From Octopus bimaculoides (taxonomy: Eukaryota): a DNA stretch of 64,000 bases. A program made the position numbers and the translations under genes. The notes beneath the pieces are model-generated. The model worked only from the letters and a program-made list of their open reading frames with translations, was not told where the DNA came from and did no database searches. Every line of letters starts with the position of its first letter. The stretch's first letter is position 1. The stretch covers positions 85,877,958-85,941,957 of the forward strand of contig NC_068984.1 of the NCBI RefSeq assembly GCF_001194135.2, in the 5' to 3' direction. Shown here in pieces: positions 53,356 through 64,000 of this stretch.

Positions 53356-53743
53356 ATTCATTCATTCATACATTCATTCACTTATACACACACACACGTG
53401 CATGCATGCGCACATACATGCATACATACATATAGTCTTTTTAGAACACAACACACAGCCTGGTCTGAGAATTGAACTCTCTACCTCATGATTTGAGCCC
53501 AATGCTCTAACCACCGAGTTATATGCTTATTAATAATACATATAGTAATAAGAAAGAAGTGAGAGTAATTTCTAGTAATAAAGAAGTGATGATGTTAAGG
53601 TAGAACTGAATATGGACAAAACCAATATGATGGTATTCTTCATAACACAGATAGGGATAGTAGAGAGGTTCATTGATAGGAAAATATGTGAGTGATAGAG
53701 GAGAGAGTAATAAAGAATGAGAGTGATCTTTGGATCTTTAATA

Positions 53744-53890
53744 GGTGCAGGTGTGGTAAGAAGACTGTTTCCCAACCACATGGTTCCAGGTTCAGTCCCA
53801 CTGCATAACACTTTGGGTGAGTGTTTTCTGCTATAGCTTCAAACCAACCCAAGCCTTGTGAGTGGATTTGGTAGATGAAAAGAAGACCAT
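53744..53890 (+). mobile_element. SINE A head (5' half only)
   Basis: GTGTGGTAAG...CCAACCACATGGTTCCAGGTTCAGTCCCACTGC...AAGCCTTGTGAGTGGATTTGGTAGA. Confidence 0.8.
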
Positions 53891-54247
53891 CATATATATA
53901 TGTGATAGATCGCTAATCACTACACATTCTTTATTTTCTCTCCTTTTTTCTTTCTGTGTTCTTTTCTGTCAAAGAGTATAGGCTCAAAACGTTAAAGACT
54001 TTTTCACTTCCCAAGCGTTAAACTAATACATCTGTTTGTTGTCTACACCACCTGTCTTCGTCTTTTGTTTTGTTTTTTTGTGAATTCTCCCTCTCTCTCT
54101 CTATATATATATATGTACGTATGTATATCTATGAGTGTGTGTCTTCCTGTCTGTGTTTGTGTGTCCCCCCACCACTACTTGATGACTCGTGTGGATGTGT
54201 TTGCATTCCTGTAACTTAGCAGTTCAGTAAATGTGACTGATAGTATA

Positions 54248-54800
54248 CGTGGTCTTATAAATAAATATCTGGACTGTTGCTATAGTAACAAAGCTAAAGC
54301 ACACAGTGTAACGCCACTTGACACAGATTAACCTTGAACTCTACTGTGCATGCACACTAAGTTTTAATGTTCTAGCTCACTTTTGCTGTTTACAGCAATA
54401 CTTGGAAGGAAGGTGTGTAACGTGTGATTGTTGCACTAATGATGACAGAGATAGTTGAGCAGAGATTCTGCGTCAAATTTTGCCAAAAGCTTGGTGATAC
54501 CTGCTCAGAGGCCTATGCAAAGTTTTCAAAAAGTTTCATTGTTCTTGACACAATCAAGATTTTGTGTAACTGAAACCCAAGTGTCTTTTTGGTCAGCTGA
54601 AAGCAGTTTTGGCACAAACTTGGCAGACACACATCTACCGAAATCTTCAGTGATAATGAACTGAACTGAACTGTAACTAATCAGCACATCCTCTGATAAC
54701 TCACAGATGGTGAGTCGATGATTTCCCCTCACAGCTGCACACACATCTGTGATATTTTTCTCAGTACTGTTTTTACCCTTTTCAAAACCTGCACCTTAGC
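54248..54800. mobile_element. Mariner relic with an internal inversion
   Basis: TA|CGTGGTC terminus; plus strand MTEIVEQRFCVKFCQKLGDTCSEAYAK; minus strand VRGNHRLTICELSED...VSAKFVPKLLSADQK. Confidence 0.82.
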
Positions 54801-55585
54801 CATAACAAAGAGTCATGGTGAAATTGTATACTCCATTACAATGTCTGTCTCTAGTGCTTGCAAGTTGTCCATGAATTTCTTGGTGATAAATAACATGAAT
54901 ATTGAACCAAAGTAGCACATTAAAAATTATTTTGTACATCCCAGCAGGAAAAGATTACATGAGCACAAATACATATGAATTTGCCAAGTCAAGTCATATG
55001 TCACATCAATGTAGAAAAATAGCGCCCTAGAATTTCCAGACAGTCTTGGGTGCAGTCATATGGGATAAATTTCGTTCTGATTGATTTACGCATAGCAACG
55101 AATACTCATGATCCAACATATACATATGTATATATACAAAACATCACCATCAAGATACAAGGTCAGATACTGCAACAGCTTGGGTTTCAAGGATCCACAC
55201 AGCTCTTTCAATATCCTCCTCTTCCAAAAAGTCTGAAAGACCTAAATGGTGGAGATGTAGGTATCTTCAAAACAAACCTGGATCTTCACTTGTCATAAGT
55301 TCCAAATAAACCTACCTTACAGCAAGAAATGCAAATTAGGGGAACAACATCAATTCCCCTTTTCACCAGATGCCACATAGAAGGAGATTTACAAGTGATG
55401 AAAGTGTAACAAAACTAATGGCAGTGCCCTAGCATGACTGCAGCTCTCAAGCTTCAACTAATAAAAGAATAAAAGAATACTACATACATATACATATGAT
55501 ATATGTATATATATGTGAATTAAAGTTCGTCTACACTTACAATTTTTCCTTTCCTTATACTTTATTTTATATATATATATAGATG

Positions 55586-55704
55586 GCTTACGGCCATATC
55601 ATGTTGAGAGCACCGGTTCTCGTCTGATCACCGAAGTCAAGCAACGTCGAGCCTAGTGAGTACTTACATGGGTGACCACTTGGGAAACCTAGGTGCTGTA
55701 ACCT
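55586..55704 (+). rRNA. 5S rRNA-like copy, 119 nt, probably a pseudogene
   Basis: GCTTACGGCCATA...CACCGGTTCTCGTCTGATCACCGAAGTCAAGC...AGTACTTACATGGGTGACC...GGTGCTGTAACC. Full 5S length, but box C reads TTACATGG instead of TTGGATGG, terminal helix I has a mismatch, there is no T-run terminator and the copy is solitary. Confidence 0.9.
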
Positions 55705-55715
55705 TCATACACTTA

Positions 55716-55878
55716 GGCGCAGGAGTGGTTGTGTGGTAAGTAGCTTGCTTACCAACCACATGGTTCTGGGTTCAGTCCTACTGCGTTGCACCTTGGGCAA
55801 GTGTTTTCTACTATAGCCTCGGGCTGACCAAAGCCTTGTGAGTGGATTTGGTAGACGGAAACTGAAAGAAGCTCGTCG

Positions 55879-55925
<47 letters not shown>

Positions 55926-56112
55926 ATGTTTGTGTGTTTGTGTTTGTCCCCCCAATATCGCTTGACAACCGATGGTGTGTTTACATCCCCGTCACTTAGC
56001 GGTTTGGCAGGAGGGACCGATAGAATAAGTACTGGGCTTACAAAGAATAAGTCCTGGGGTCGATTTGCTCGACTAAAGGATGGCCACAGTCAAATGACTG
56101 GAACAAATAAAA

Positions 56113-56115
<3 letters not shown>
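55716..56115 (+). mobile_element. tRNA-derived SINE family A, full length
   Basis: GGCGCAGGAGTGGTTGTGTGGTAAG head, GGTTCAGTCC B-box, internal (AT)n and tail CAAATAAAAGAA. Confidence 0.9.
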
Positions 56116-56151
<36 letters not shown>

Positions 56152-56309
56152 CATATATAAAGTGAAGACCCTGAAGCAGCTGCACCAGTATTATAGTAGG
56201 GTTACTAGTCAATGAAGTAGAAACATGAGTAGGTCTATTTGAAGTTGTATATATAAAAAGGAATTAACGGCAATGCTAATGTTACTGCGAAATAATCATT
56301 ATTATTATT

Positions 56310-57245
56310 ATTATTTCCATCCAAATGATTTTGAAGATTGCGGAAGAAATGATAATCAGATGGGGCAATGTCCGGCAAAAATGGTGGGCGGGGCATTGCT
56401 TCCCATTCAAACTACTCCACCCTTTGGAATGTCAGCCTCACTGTATTGGCCAAGCATTATCCTGATGGAAGAGCACCTTTTGTCTTGAAACCAAAGATAG
56501 TCGTTTTTCTTCTTGTGCTGACTTAAGCTGCTCGAGCTGCTTGCAGTAGATCTCCTTTGTTATCGTTTGATTTGGGTATAAAAGTTCGAAGTGGACTAAA
56601 CCTTTCATATCCCACCAAACAGATAACAACATCTTATGTGAGTGAAGACCTTCTTTAGCCTGAGGTGCTGGTATTTCTCCTTTCCCTACTAATTGTCTTG
56701 ACATTTTTACAGAGAACCCATTTCTCATCACCAGTCACTATTCAGTCCAAAAAAGGTTCATTCATGAGATGTGACAGCAAAGAAGAGCACATGATTAGAC
56801 TTGGAAAGTTTGTGAGGCACCCATTGACCCAATTTTCTGACTTTTTCGATGGTACGTAGAAGTTGATGAATGGTTGAATGACGAAATCCAAGTTTCTCTG
56901 CTAGTTCCTCAACAGTTACAATGAGATTTTGTTCTACCAGGGTTTGCAGAATGTAGTCATCAAGCTCTACAGATCTTAAAGGATGAGGCTTGTCTTCTCG
57001 GCTGAAGTTTGCAGCTCAGAATTTCTGGAACCACCATTGACACTGGCTTACACTTATTGTCTGATCCCCATATACTGTATTAATATTCCTCACACTTTCC
57101 ATTGAGTTGTTACCTTTATTTAACTCATAAAGCAAAGTATGTTGAATATGCTCCTTTGTCACTTCCATTATAGCTTTGTCTCATCCCTGCCAACTTTTAG
57201 TTCATGCAATTGAAAAAAACCCGCATTATTTATGGAATGACCCAA
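56310..57245 (-). pseudogene. Near-complete mariner (DD34D-type) transposase pseudogene with the 5' TIR
   Basis: ATG at 57168 (MEVTKEHIQHTLLYE...), HKMLLSVWWDMKGLVHFELL, LFHQDNA and PPFLPDIAPSDYHFFRNLQNHL (YSPDLAP-like motif); TA|TTGGGTCATTCCATAAATAATGCG terminus; stops and frameshifts. Confidence 0.9.
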
Positions 57246-57820
57246 TACGTGGCGACCTCAATAATGTTGGTGGCACTGAACAAAACACTCAGTACATACT
57301 GTAAAATAGTTGACCAAAGCCTTGAGAGTGGATTTAGCAGACGAAAACTGAAAGAAATCTCACACACACACACACATACACACTAGCTTGAAAGACTACA
57401 AATCCCAAGATCTGGAATTTTTCAAGATTTTTGTGTGCATATGTATGCATGTATGTATGTATCAATGAATCTATGCATCTATGTATGTATGTATGCATTA
57501 TGTATTATTGAAGTTGATTCACAAGTTAGAAAAAAGATCACACCCAATATAAAGTCACAGAGTGGGTATCATTTTAAAACGTTTTAAATTAAGATCAACT
57601 CTCAATCAAGATTATTTACCTGACAATTTCATATGAAATCATGTTCTTCTAAGCAGAAAGTTTACTAAACACAGACACGCACGCACACACACACAGTTTT
57701 TCTTTTTCTTTTTGCCCACATTCAGTTCACTGCAGAACGAAGCCCTCGGCATGTTCTCTCCACCAAGCATGGTCCAATGTGTAGGTCATGAATTTGAGCC
57801 TGAGATCATAATGGTTTCAG

Positions 57821-57975
57821 GGCGGCAAACTGGTAGAATTGTTACCACGTCGGGGGAAATGCTTAGTATTTCGTTTGTCCTAACGTTCTGAGGTCGACTT
57901 TGCCTTTCATCCTTCCAGAGTCGATAAAATAAGTAACAGTTGAGTACTGAGGTCGATGTAATGGACTTAACTACT
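57821..57975 (+). mobile_element. SINE B
   Basis: GGCGGCAAACTGGTAGAATTGTTA...GGTCGACTTTGCCTTTCATCC...GGTCGATGTAATGGACTTAA. Confidence 0.8.
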
Positions 57976-58081
57976 CCTGGATATGAGTATAAAAACTGCA
58001 CGCCTCTGCCAAGCCATGTCGCGCCAGTGTGACAAAGTAAGGTCACCAAACCGAACCAATATGCATATATGTATATGCATA

Positions 58082-58217
58082 TTGGTGTTAGGAAGGGCAT
58101 CCAACCGTAGAATCCATATCAAAACAAATAGGAGCCTGAACAGCCCTTTAGCTAGTCAGCTCCTGTCAGTCGAGCCAACCCATCCCAGCATAGAAAATGG
58201 ACGTTGATGATGATGAC
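58082..58217 (+). mobile_element. RTE-type 3' tail fragment
   Basis: TTGGTGTTAGGAAGGGCATCCAACCGTAGAA...AACCCATCCCAGCATAGAAAATGGACGTTGATGATGAT. Confidence 0.8.
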
Positions 58218-58371
58218 ACGTGTGTGTGTGTGTTTGGGAACGTGATAAAGAAGAATGATTATAAGATATTATTAATCTCTTGATGCCTTAATCCTCATCA
58301 AGATTATCAATGTATAATACACCGCCTCCATAACCAATAAGTGCCCCTGACTGAATAACACCTATACATTA

Positions 58372-58444
<73 letters not shown>

Positions 58445-59007
58445 GTGAATTACTGACGAATTACTCTTTATAACACCTTAACGCTAATTGATCAGAAATA
58501 GCGAAATAGTAAGGGGGGTAACTCTAACTGTACTGACACGGAAGTGCAAGGCGTACGTATGCTCGGGCTATTAGAAACAGCAGTTAAATCTCCTTCAGCC
58601 ACTACTTATGTTCTTTAAAACAGCAACATTGTGGTTCTAACAAACCGTGCGTGAAAAAATATCGGATGGTCAGTATTGAAATATCTTAAATTATAGGTCT
58701 ATTCGATCTTGTCTGACCTAAGATAAATAACAATTAAGAGGCTGTGAAACAAAATCCTTCAGTGTATTTTTAAGTTTTCAGCTATCGACTTTGATTCTAT
58801 CTTTCCTGGATTGACAAAATAGATATCAACTATGAACAGAGGTTGATTATTAAAATGTATTCTAAATTTTAAGGAAACTATAACAGATAGAAAAGAAGAC
58901 TTTGCATTGCATTCTTCCGAAAATAAGAACCAGTCAGGTATTTAGATTTATAGGAAAGTCGGTTATACATCTTTAGATTGTATACCTGACTTTCCTACTA
59001 TAAAATT

Positions 59008-59310
59008 ATAGAATATAACGGAACGCTGAACTCCAGACCATCAACTTAAACAACATTTATTCAGGTGGTAAGCATACATATCTTTAGTTCTTGTTGTTAC
59101 AGCTTCTGTGTGTATGAGTATAGTTGTTGGGACGTTGTTCTGTAGTTGTGAGCGAGCTGTCGAGTGTAAGTCCGAAAGATGTAGAGAGACAGCTTAAATA
59201 CGTCCATACTCAATCGCTGGCCAGCGAGAAAGAGAATGAATTGAGCGGGAACGCTTGGTTGTTTAATTCTACGCATGCGTAAGACTACGCATGCGCACGG
59301 CGTTACTACA
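59008..59310 (-). mobile_element. Probable solo LTR
   Basis: The minus strand begins TGTAGTAACG and contains TATTTAAG (TATA-like) followed by AATAAA in U3-R-U5 order. The 3' end is degenerate and no TSD was confirmed. Confidence 0.5.
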
Positions 59311-60014
59311 GATTGAATAAATATACTATAAATGCTAAATTGTAGTTATATGCTTAAATAGACTTTTGACACAGGTAGAAGATCTCAAATTAGGGCTGCA
59401 ATAATTTTTAAAAACAATTTCGTGCCATACTACAACTCGGCATCCTTTTTTCTTTTTTCCTTTCCTTTTCTTTTTTTTTTTCTTCCTTGGACGATTGCTA
59501 ACTCTTCCATTTCTTGGAGGAAATGGGTACAATGAATGGTTCTCCACAATTCTGAGAGTGAAGAAACGACTCTTATAATTGAATAGTTCTTTATTATAAA
59601 GCATCCGAAGAAGGTCGGAAGATACAACGACCGAAATGTCTGGTCTGAATATATCTGTGTATCATAATGCTGACGGCTCAATTTGCATTTCTAATGATTG
59701 ATGAATGAGGTTCGGTATCTCAATATTAGACAGTTGGGGAGATTCAGAATCAGCCACCGTTCATTTGACTCAACTTTTCCCTTACAATTGTTCTCTATGC
59801 ACAAAATGAGGTACTTATATTAGTGAGCAAGCAAGCTAAAAACAAAGCACTTTGTGAATTGAATTTTGAGCATGATTTCTGTTCTTCATATAAGCAAATT
59901 CACTTCTGCACCTATGAAAGGAATGAACTTTGTGTTCAGACGCAGTGTTTCTAGAACTACCTTATCTGTTGTGTTATCCGTCCGTAAGACAGTAGAGTGT
60001 GATAGAAATGTAGG

Positions 60015-61780
60015 GAGTCGAACCCCAACCGCAAGACATTCAAATAGGTATCACAAGTAAGCCACCACAGTTTCACGTGATTGATTTATAAATCGACCAA
60101 TCGGTGTGAGGTTGTGGCATGATATCCGACTACACAACAATGGTCTTCTAGAATATAACACACACTACCAAGCAAGAACCACAACAATGGTGAACAATCA
60201 CCCACGCAACATTGGTGATCAAGCATCTTCACGAAAACGGTAATGCCTGACACAAGAAAAGCTATAAAAAACCAGCGACAATTGTGACCCGACTCATGAA
60301 GACCAACTCTCCGGCGTAGTAATAGATACTAATCAGAAGGTAAGCATCTGTAGTAAATTCAAAGGGCCAGATGCCGAAAGCTCATAACTTTTGCTACTAC
60401 AGCCCCCCCCCCCCNNNNNNNNNNCCACAATCTCCTTTTGATCTACAACGTTGATATCTTAATACCATGTCTCTTAACGTGTTAGATATGTATTTTTCAC
60501 TCACGAATTTCTCGTCCGCGTGACATAACAATTAAAACCAACTTTTCAATGCCAAGGAACGTTTCGTCTATCTTCGAATGCATGATTTCGAAGCGAATTT
60601 TATCTAGAACCTTCTCGAGTTTGCAGTAACAACCGAACTTAATCTTTTCATATCTTTTCGTTTGAGTGATTCCAAACAACCTGCGCTAACGTATGGCAAC
60701 TTCACCTGTCCCGTTGCTTCCTTCTGAGTATGAAAGCGGAAATTTTGAGAACTTCTACGTCCAAACTAAAAACGTTTTTACCAACTTCTTTGCAAGGACG
60801 TCTTGGATGGTAAGAAGCCTTTCCAACTGTTGAGAAGTATGAAGAGTCGATGTTGTGACAACTTTTTTTCTACACGCTGCCAGCTAGATCACACGATGAT
60901 GGTCTCCACTACATCCATCACAATCAAACAATCTTCTCCGATATTTGTGAAGAAGCATCATCACGAGAATGGTGAACAAACACTCTTCACAACAGAGGCA
61001 AATTTGGCTGCTATTTCTTGCAGGTGGAACAACCAAGCAAACGTACAAGCCATTTTAACACCTGTAAGAAAGCAGAGCTCTACCGCAGATATTATGGATA
61101 TTTCTTCTCCCAATACTTCTAACACAGAAGCTCTTCCTCTTCCATCGCAACATTGTTGACCAAGCATCTTCACTCTACATCCATTTCTTCTATTTCGTCT
61201 GAACTGGTGACATTTCATAAGACAACTAAAGTCAAAATTCATGCTCTGACAGACAGATTCGTACAATTGTAATCACCTCGATATTCTGCCCGTTCGAAAT
61301 CTCATAGTTGAAAGATTTTAATAAATTGATCATTCAGTCTTTGTGAGAGACCTACGATATTCTGTTGGTATCACAAGCACTTTGGTGCTAATGCACACAG
61401 ATGCACCCAAAAATTTTCTTTTAAATTAACCACTCAACCGCTGAAAAACGGCAGCACCAGGAATTAAGCGCGACTACAGTTCTAGGCGCTCTTGGCGTGT
61501 CTTCAGTAAGTCGTGTCTACGATACAATTTCCGTATATATGCTCCTGGTAGACACAGGAGCAGTTTACTTGTCAGAAAAGCACTTTCGCCATTTCTTGGA
61601 AGGAAGAACCTTCACCATTTATACTGATGATAAACCATTAACCTACGCATTACTATCCAAAGCAGATAAATATTCCCCAAGAGACATTAGACACCTTGAC
61701 TATATTTCACAGTTTACTGTGGCTATATGTCATATGAAGGGTGCTGAAAATTTTGTAACAAACCTACTATTTTAACCGGA
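60015..61780 (+). mobile_element. Heavily deleted Gypsy LTR retrotransposon (LTR-like piece, gag, protease start, RNase H)
   Basis: gag motifs LDGKKPFQLLRSM (cf. LGDRKPSQLL) and FCWYHKHFGANAHRC at ~61360-61405; protease LLVDTGA; RNase H KHFRHFLEGRTFTIYTDDKPL...KYSPRDIRHLDYISQF. Confidence 0.85.
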
Positions 61781-61788
61781 AAAAATCA

Positions 61789-61823
<35 letters not shown>

Positions 61824-62034
61824 GCAGTCGTTAAAAAAGAAAAGAAAGAAAAAGAACTGTTTGCAAGTCATACAAACTTATTGCTTAATCATTGTTACAT
61901 GCATTTATTCTGTATTCAATACGGTTTTTTTGTTTGTTTTGTTTGCATTTGTGTTGCATATTGTATGTATTTTCGTTATTGTGATAATTCGTCTTTCCGT
62001 TTACACCGCAAATCACTGGAAGAAGACCCTTGCA

Positions 62035-62620
62035 GAGATTCAAACCCCAACCGCAAGATATTCAGATAAGCATCACGATTGAGCCACCACAATTCCACGT
62101 GATTAATCTATAAATCCACCAATTAGCGTGACGCTGTAGCGTGATATGGTTCCTCAGATGATCTAAAATTCATCCCCTTTTCACCTTCTAAAAACCGTTT
62201 GGCGCCTAAATCAAACATACGGCCTCGGCGTACCGCTATGGGCCCTTTCAGAAAGCAAACCGCAAAAACCAGATCACCTCAGGTACTCGGACAGACTACC
62301 TTGAGCAAGAAACGATTTTAGCCATTCATTCACGATGTACCATCTCACCTTCTACAAGACACAGTGCAGTTCTTTCCTCCCAGTCGGCGGTTATATTATC
62401 AGCAACTTTCGTCCAGCAATAATTATATTAAAAGTTAAGTTTGTAAATTTGCTTCATTTATTATACACGCGATGAAGGTCTCCACCACATCCATCACAAT
62501 CAAACAATCTCCCACATGATATTTGTGAAGAAGCATCATCGCGGGAATGGTGAACAAACACTCTTCACAACAGAGGCAAGTTTGGCTGCTATTTCTTGCA
62601 GATGGAGCAACCAAGCAGAG
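62035..62620 (+). mobile_element. Second, differently deleted copy of the same Gypsy-derived unit
   Basis: 62035-62146 matches 60015-60124, and 62465-62617 matches 60891-61039. Confidence 0.75.
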
Positions 62621-62884
62621 ACTTTCTCGTGGGCTCATTAGAACTAGCCCTTATAATATGCTTTTTACAATCTTGTTAAATTTCTACCACTCATTTTTTC
62701 ACCTGAATATTTTCCAAAGATGTACATAACTTTAAATTTGTGTAACTTCTTTATTATTGATATTTGGAAGAGAAAAAAAAGTTAATAGTATTTTCGTAAT
62801 CAGCCATCAAAATTACATTAGTGTAGAAAATGCGGAAACAATCAGGTGAGAAATTGAAATTCTTCTAGTGGCTGGAAAAAATTT

Positions 62885-63075
62885 AATAAGATCCGGCCTG
62901 AAATTTTCTGGCAAGTGGTTAATCGATTACAACGAGCCCATTGCCCAATTGGTAGTTATTTTTACTGACCCTGAAAGGATGAAAGGCAAAGTCGACTTCG
63001 ACTGAATTTGAACTCAACCTGGAAGATGTGCCGCTAAGCATTTTGTCCGACGTACTAATTATTCAGCTAGCTCAC
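62885..63075 (-). mobile_element. SINE B
   Basis: CCCTGAAAGGATGAAAGGCAAAGTCGAC...AATTTGAACTCA...CCGCTAAGCATTTTGTCCG on the plus strand. Confidence 0.8.
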
Positions 63076-63268
63076 ATCTTACTAGCATTTGTCATACCAA
63101 TTTGAATTCAACTTCGGATGTTCCGTCTACTTAACCACTACTACTTTCTCTATACCCATGCCAAATACTAACCACGAAGGATTCGACCTCAATATATTAC
63201 TGAGAATTGGTATATCAATTTCCTTATATTAAAGGATAACTTTGACGGCATCGGAACACGCACACGCA

Positions 63269-63432
63269 TACGACGGGCTTCTTTCAATTTCCGTCTACCA
63301 GATCCACACTCAAAGCTTCAGTCAGCCGGGCACCAGAGTGGACAACACTTGCTCAAGGTGTTGCGCAGTAGAACTGAATCCAAGCCACATGGTTGAGAAG
63401 CAAGCTTCTTACCACACAGCTACGCCTGCACC
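63269..63432 (-). mobile_element. SINE A head
   Basis: Reverse complement of GGTGCAGGCGTAGCTGTGTGGTAAG...GTGGATCTGGTAGACGGAAATTGAAAGAAGCCCGTCGTA. Confidence 0.82.
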
Positions 63433-63527
63433 TATAGATGGTGTGTGTGTGTGCGCCACAGACAGACTGATAGATAGATAGATAGATAGATAGTCATCTG
63501 AGAATTCATACTGGTTAATATTATATA

Positions 63528-64000
63528 CGAGGGGGTAACCGGAAACACTCTCTGTGGGGCAAGCCTGTTGTAGTTCAGGCTCCCGCCGCTAAAAGCCACT
63601 TGAGGCGACCCTCAGACATCAGTCTGCCGACCGGCGTTGTACAGTGGAATCACACTGCCACATGGTGAGTCTTTGTTTTGCAGTGCTTCTCCCCTGTTCG
63701 TCAATTTTTGCGATGGCGGAAACGAAGGAATAGCGTGCTTCCGTGAAATTGTTTTCTGAAGGGGAAAATGGCAGCCGAAACAATTGTCATACTTCAAACA
63801 GCCTACAGGACCGTTGCCATGAGCAAAACAGAAGTCTACGAGTGGTTTACACGCTTCAGAAATGATCACTTCTGCTTGAGGACCAACCTCGTACAGGGCG
63901 ACCATCGACCTCTCGAACGAATGAAAACATCATGGAAATTCATGAAGTGATCTTGGATGACCGTTACCGAACAATTGACGAACTTGTTTATATGACTAGT
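63528..64000 (+). mobile_element. Mariner element 5' part (runs off the window), disrupted transposase N-terminus
   Basis: TA|CGAGGGG terminus; ATG at 63713, MAETKE*RASVK...AETIVILQTAYRTVAMSKTEVYEWFTRFR...EDQPRTGRPSTSRTNEN...ILDDRYRTIDEL. Confidence 0.88.

Noticed and set aside
60497-60679. 60-aa minus-strand ORF inside the Gypsy relic
   Set aside because: It is short, has no recognisable motif and borders an N-gap; there is no support for a gene.

Overview
Eukaryotic, AT-rich and repeat-dense draft-assembly sequence with about 11 N-gaps, most of them next to microsatellites or homopolymer runs. The SINE, RTE and mariner landscape suggests an octopus genome (inference). Only one host coding exon is supported: the first large coding exon of phosphatidylinositol 4-kinase III beta (PI4KB) on the minus strand at 4792-5491, with later exons presumably left of the window. 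The rest is tRNA-derived SINEs (labelled A, B, C and F here), RTE and CR1 LINE remnants, hAT and Tigger-like MITEs, four Tc1/mariner relics, a deleted Gypsy element, a probable solo LTR and a full-length 5S rRNA-like copy. The most interesting observations are: a SINE flanked by a 142-bp direct duplication, a terminator-less 5S copy abutting a tRNA-SINE, three fold-back hairpins at the 5' junctions of RTE-tail insertions, a tandem double-hairpin array in the RTE 3' UTR, and CpG-decay domains that suggest an unexplained ~28-kb minus-strand transcription unit. All alignments and counts were done by eye, and the boundaries of old repeats are approximate. No CRISPR array or prokaryotic system is present.
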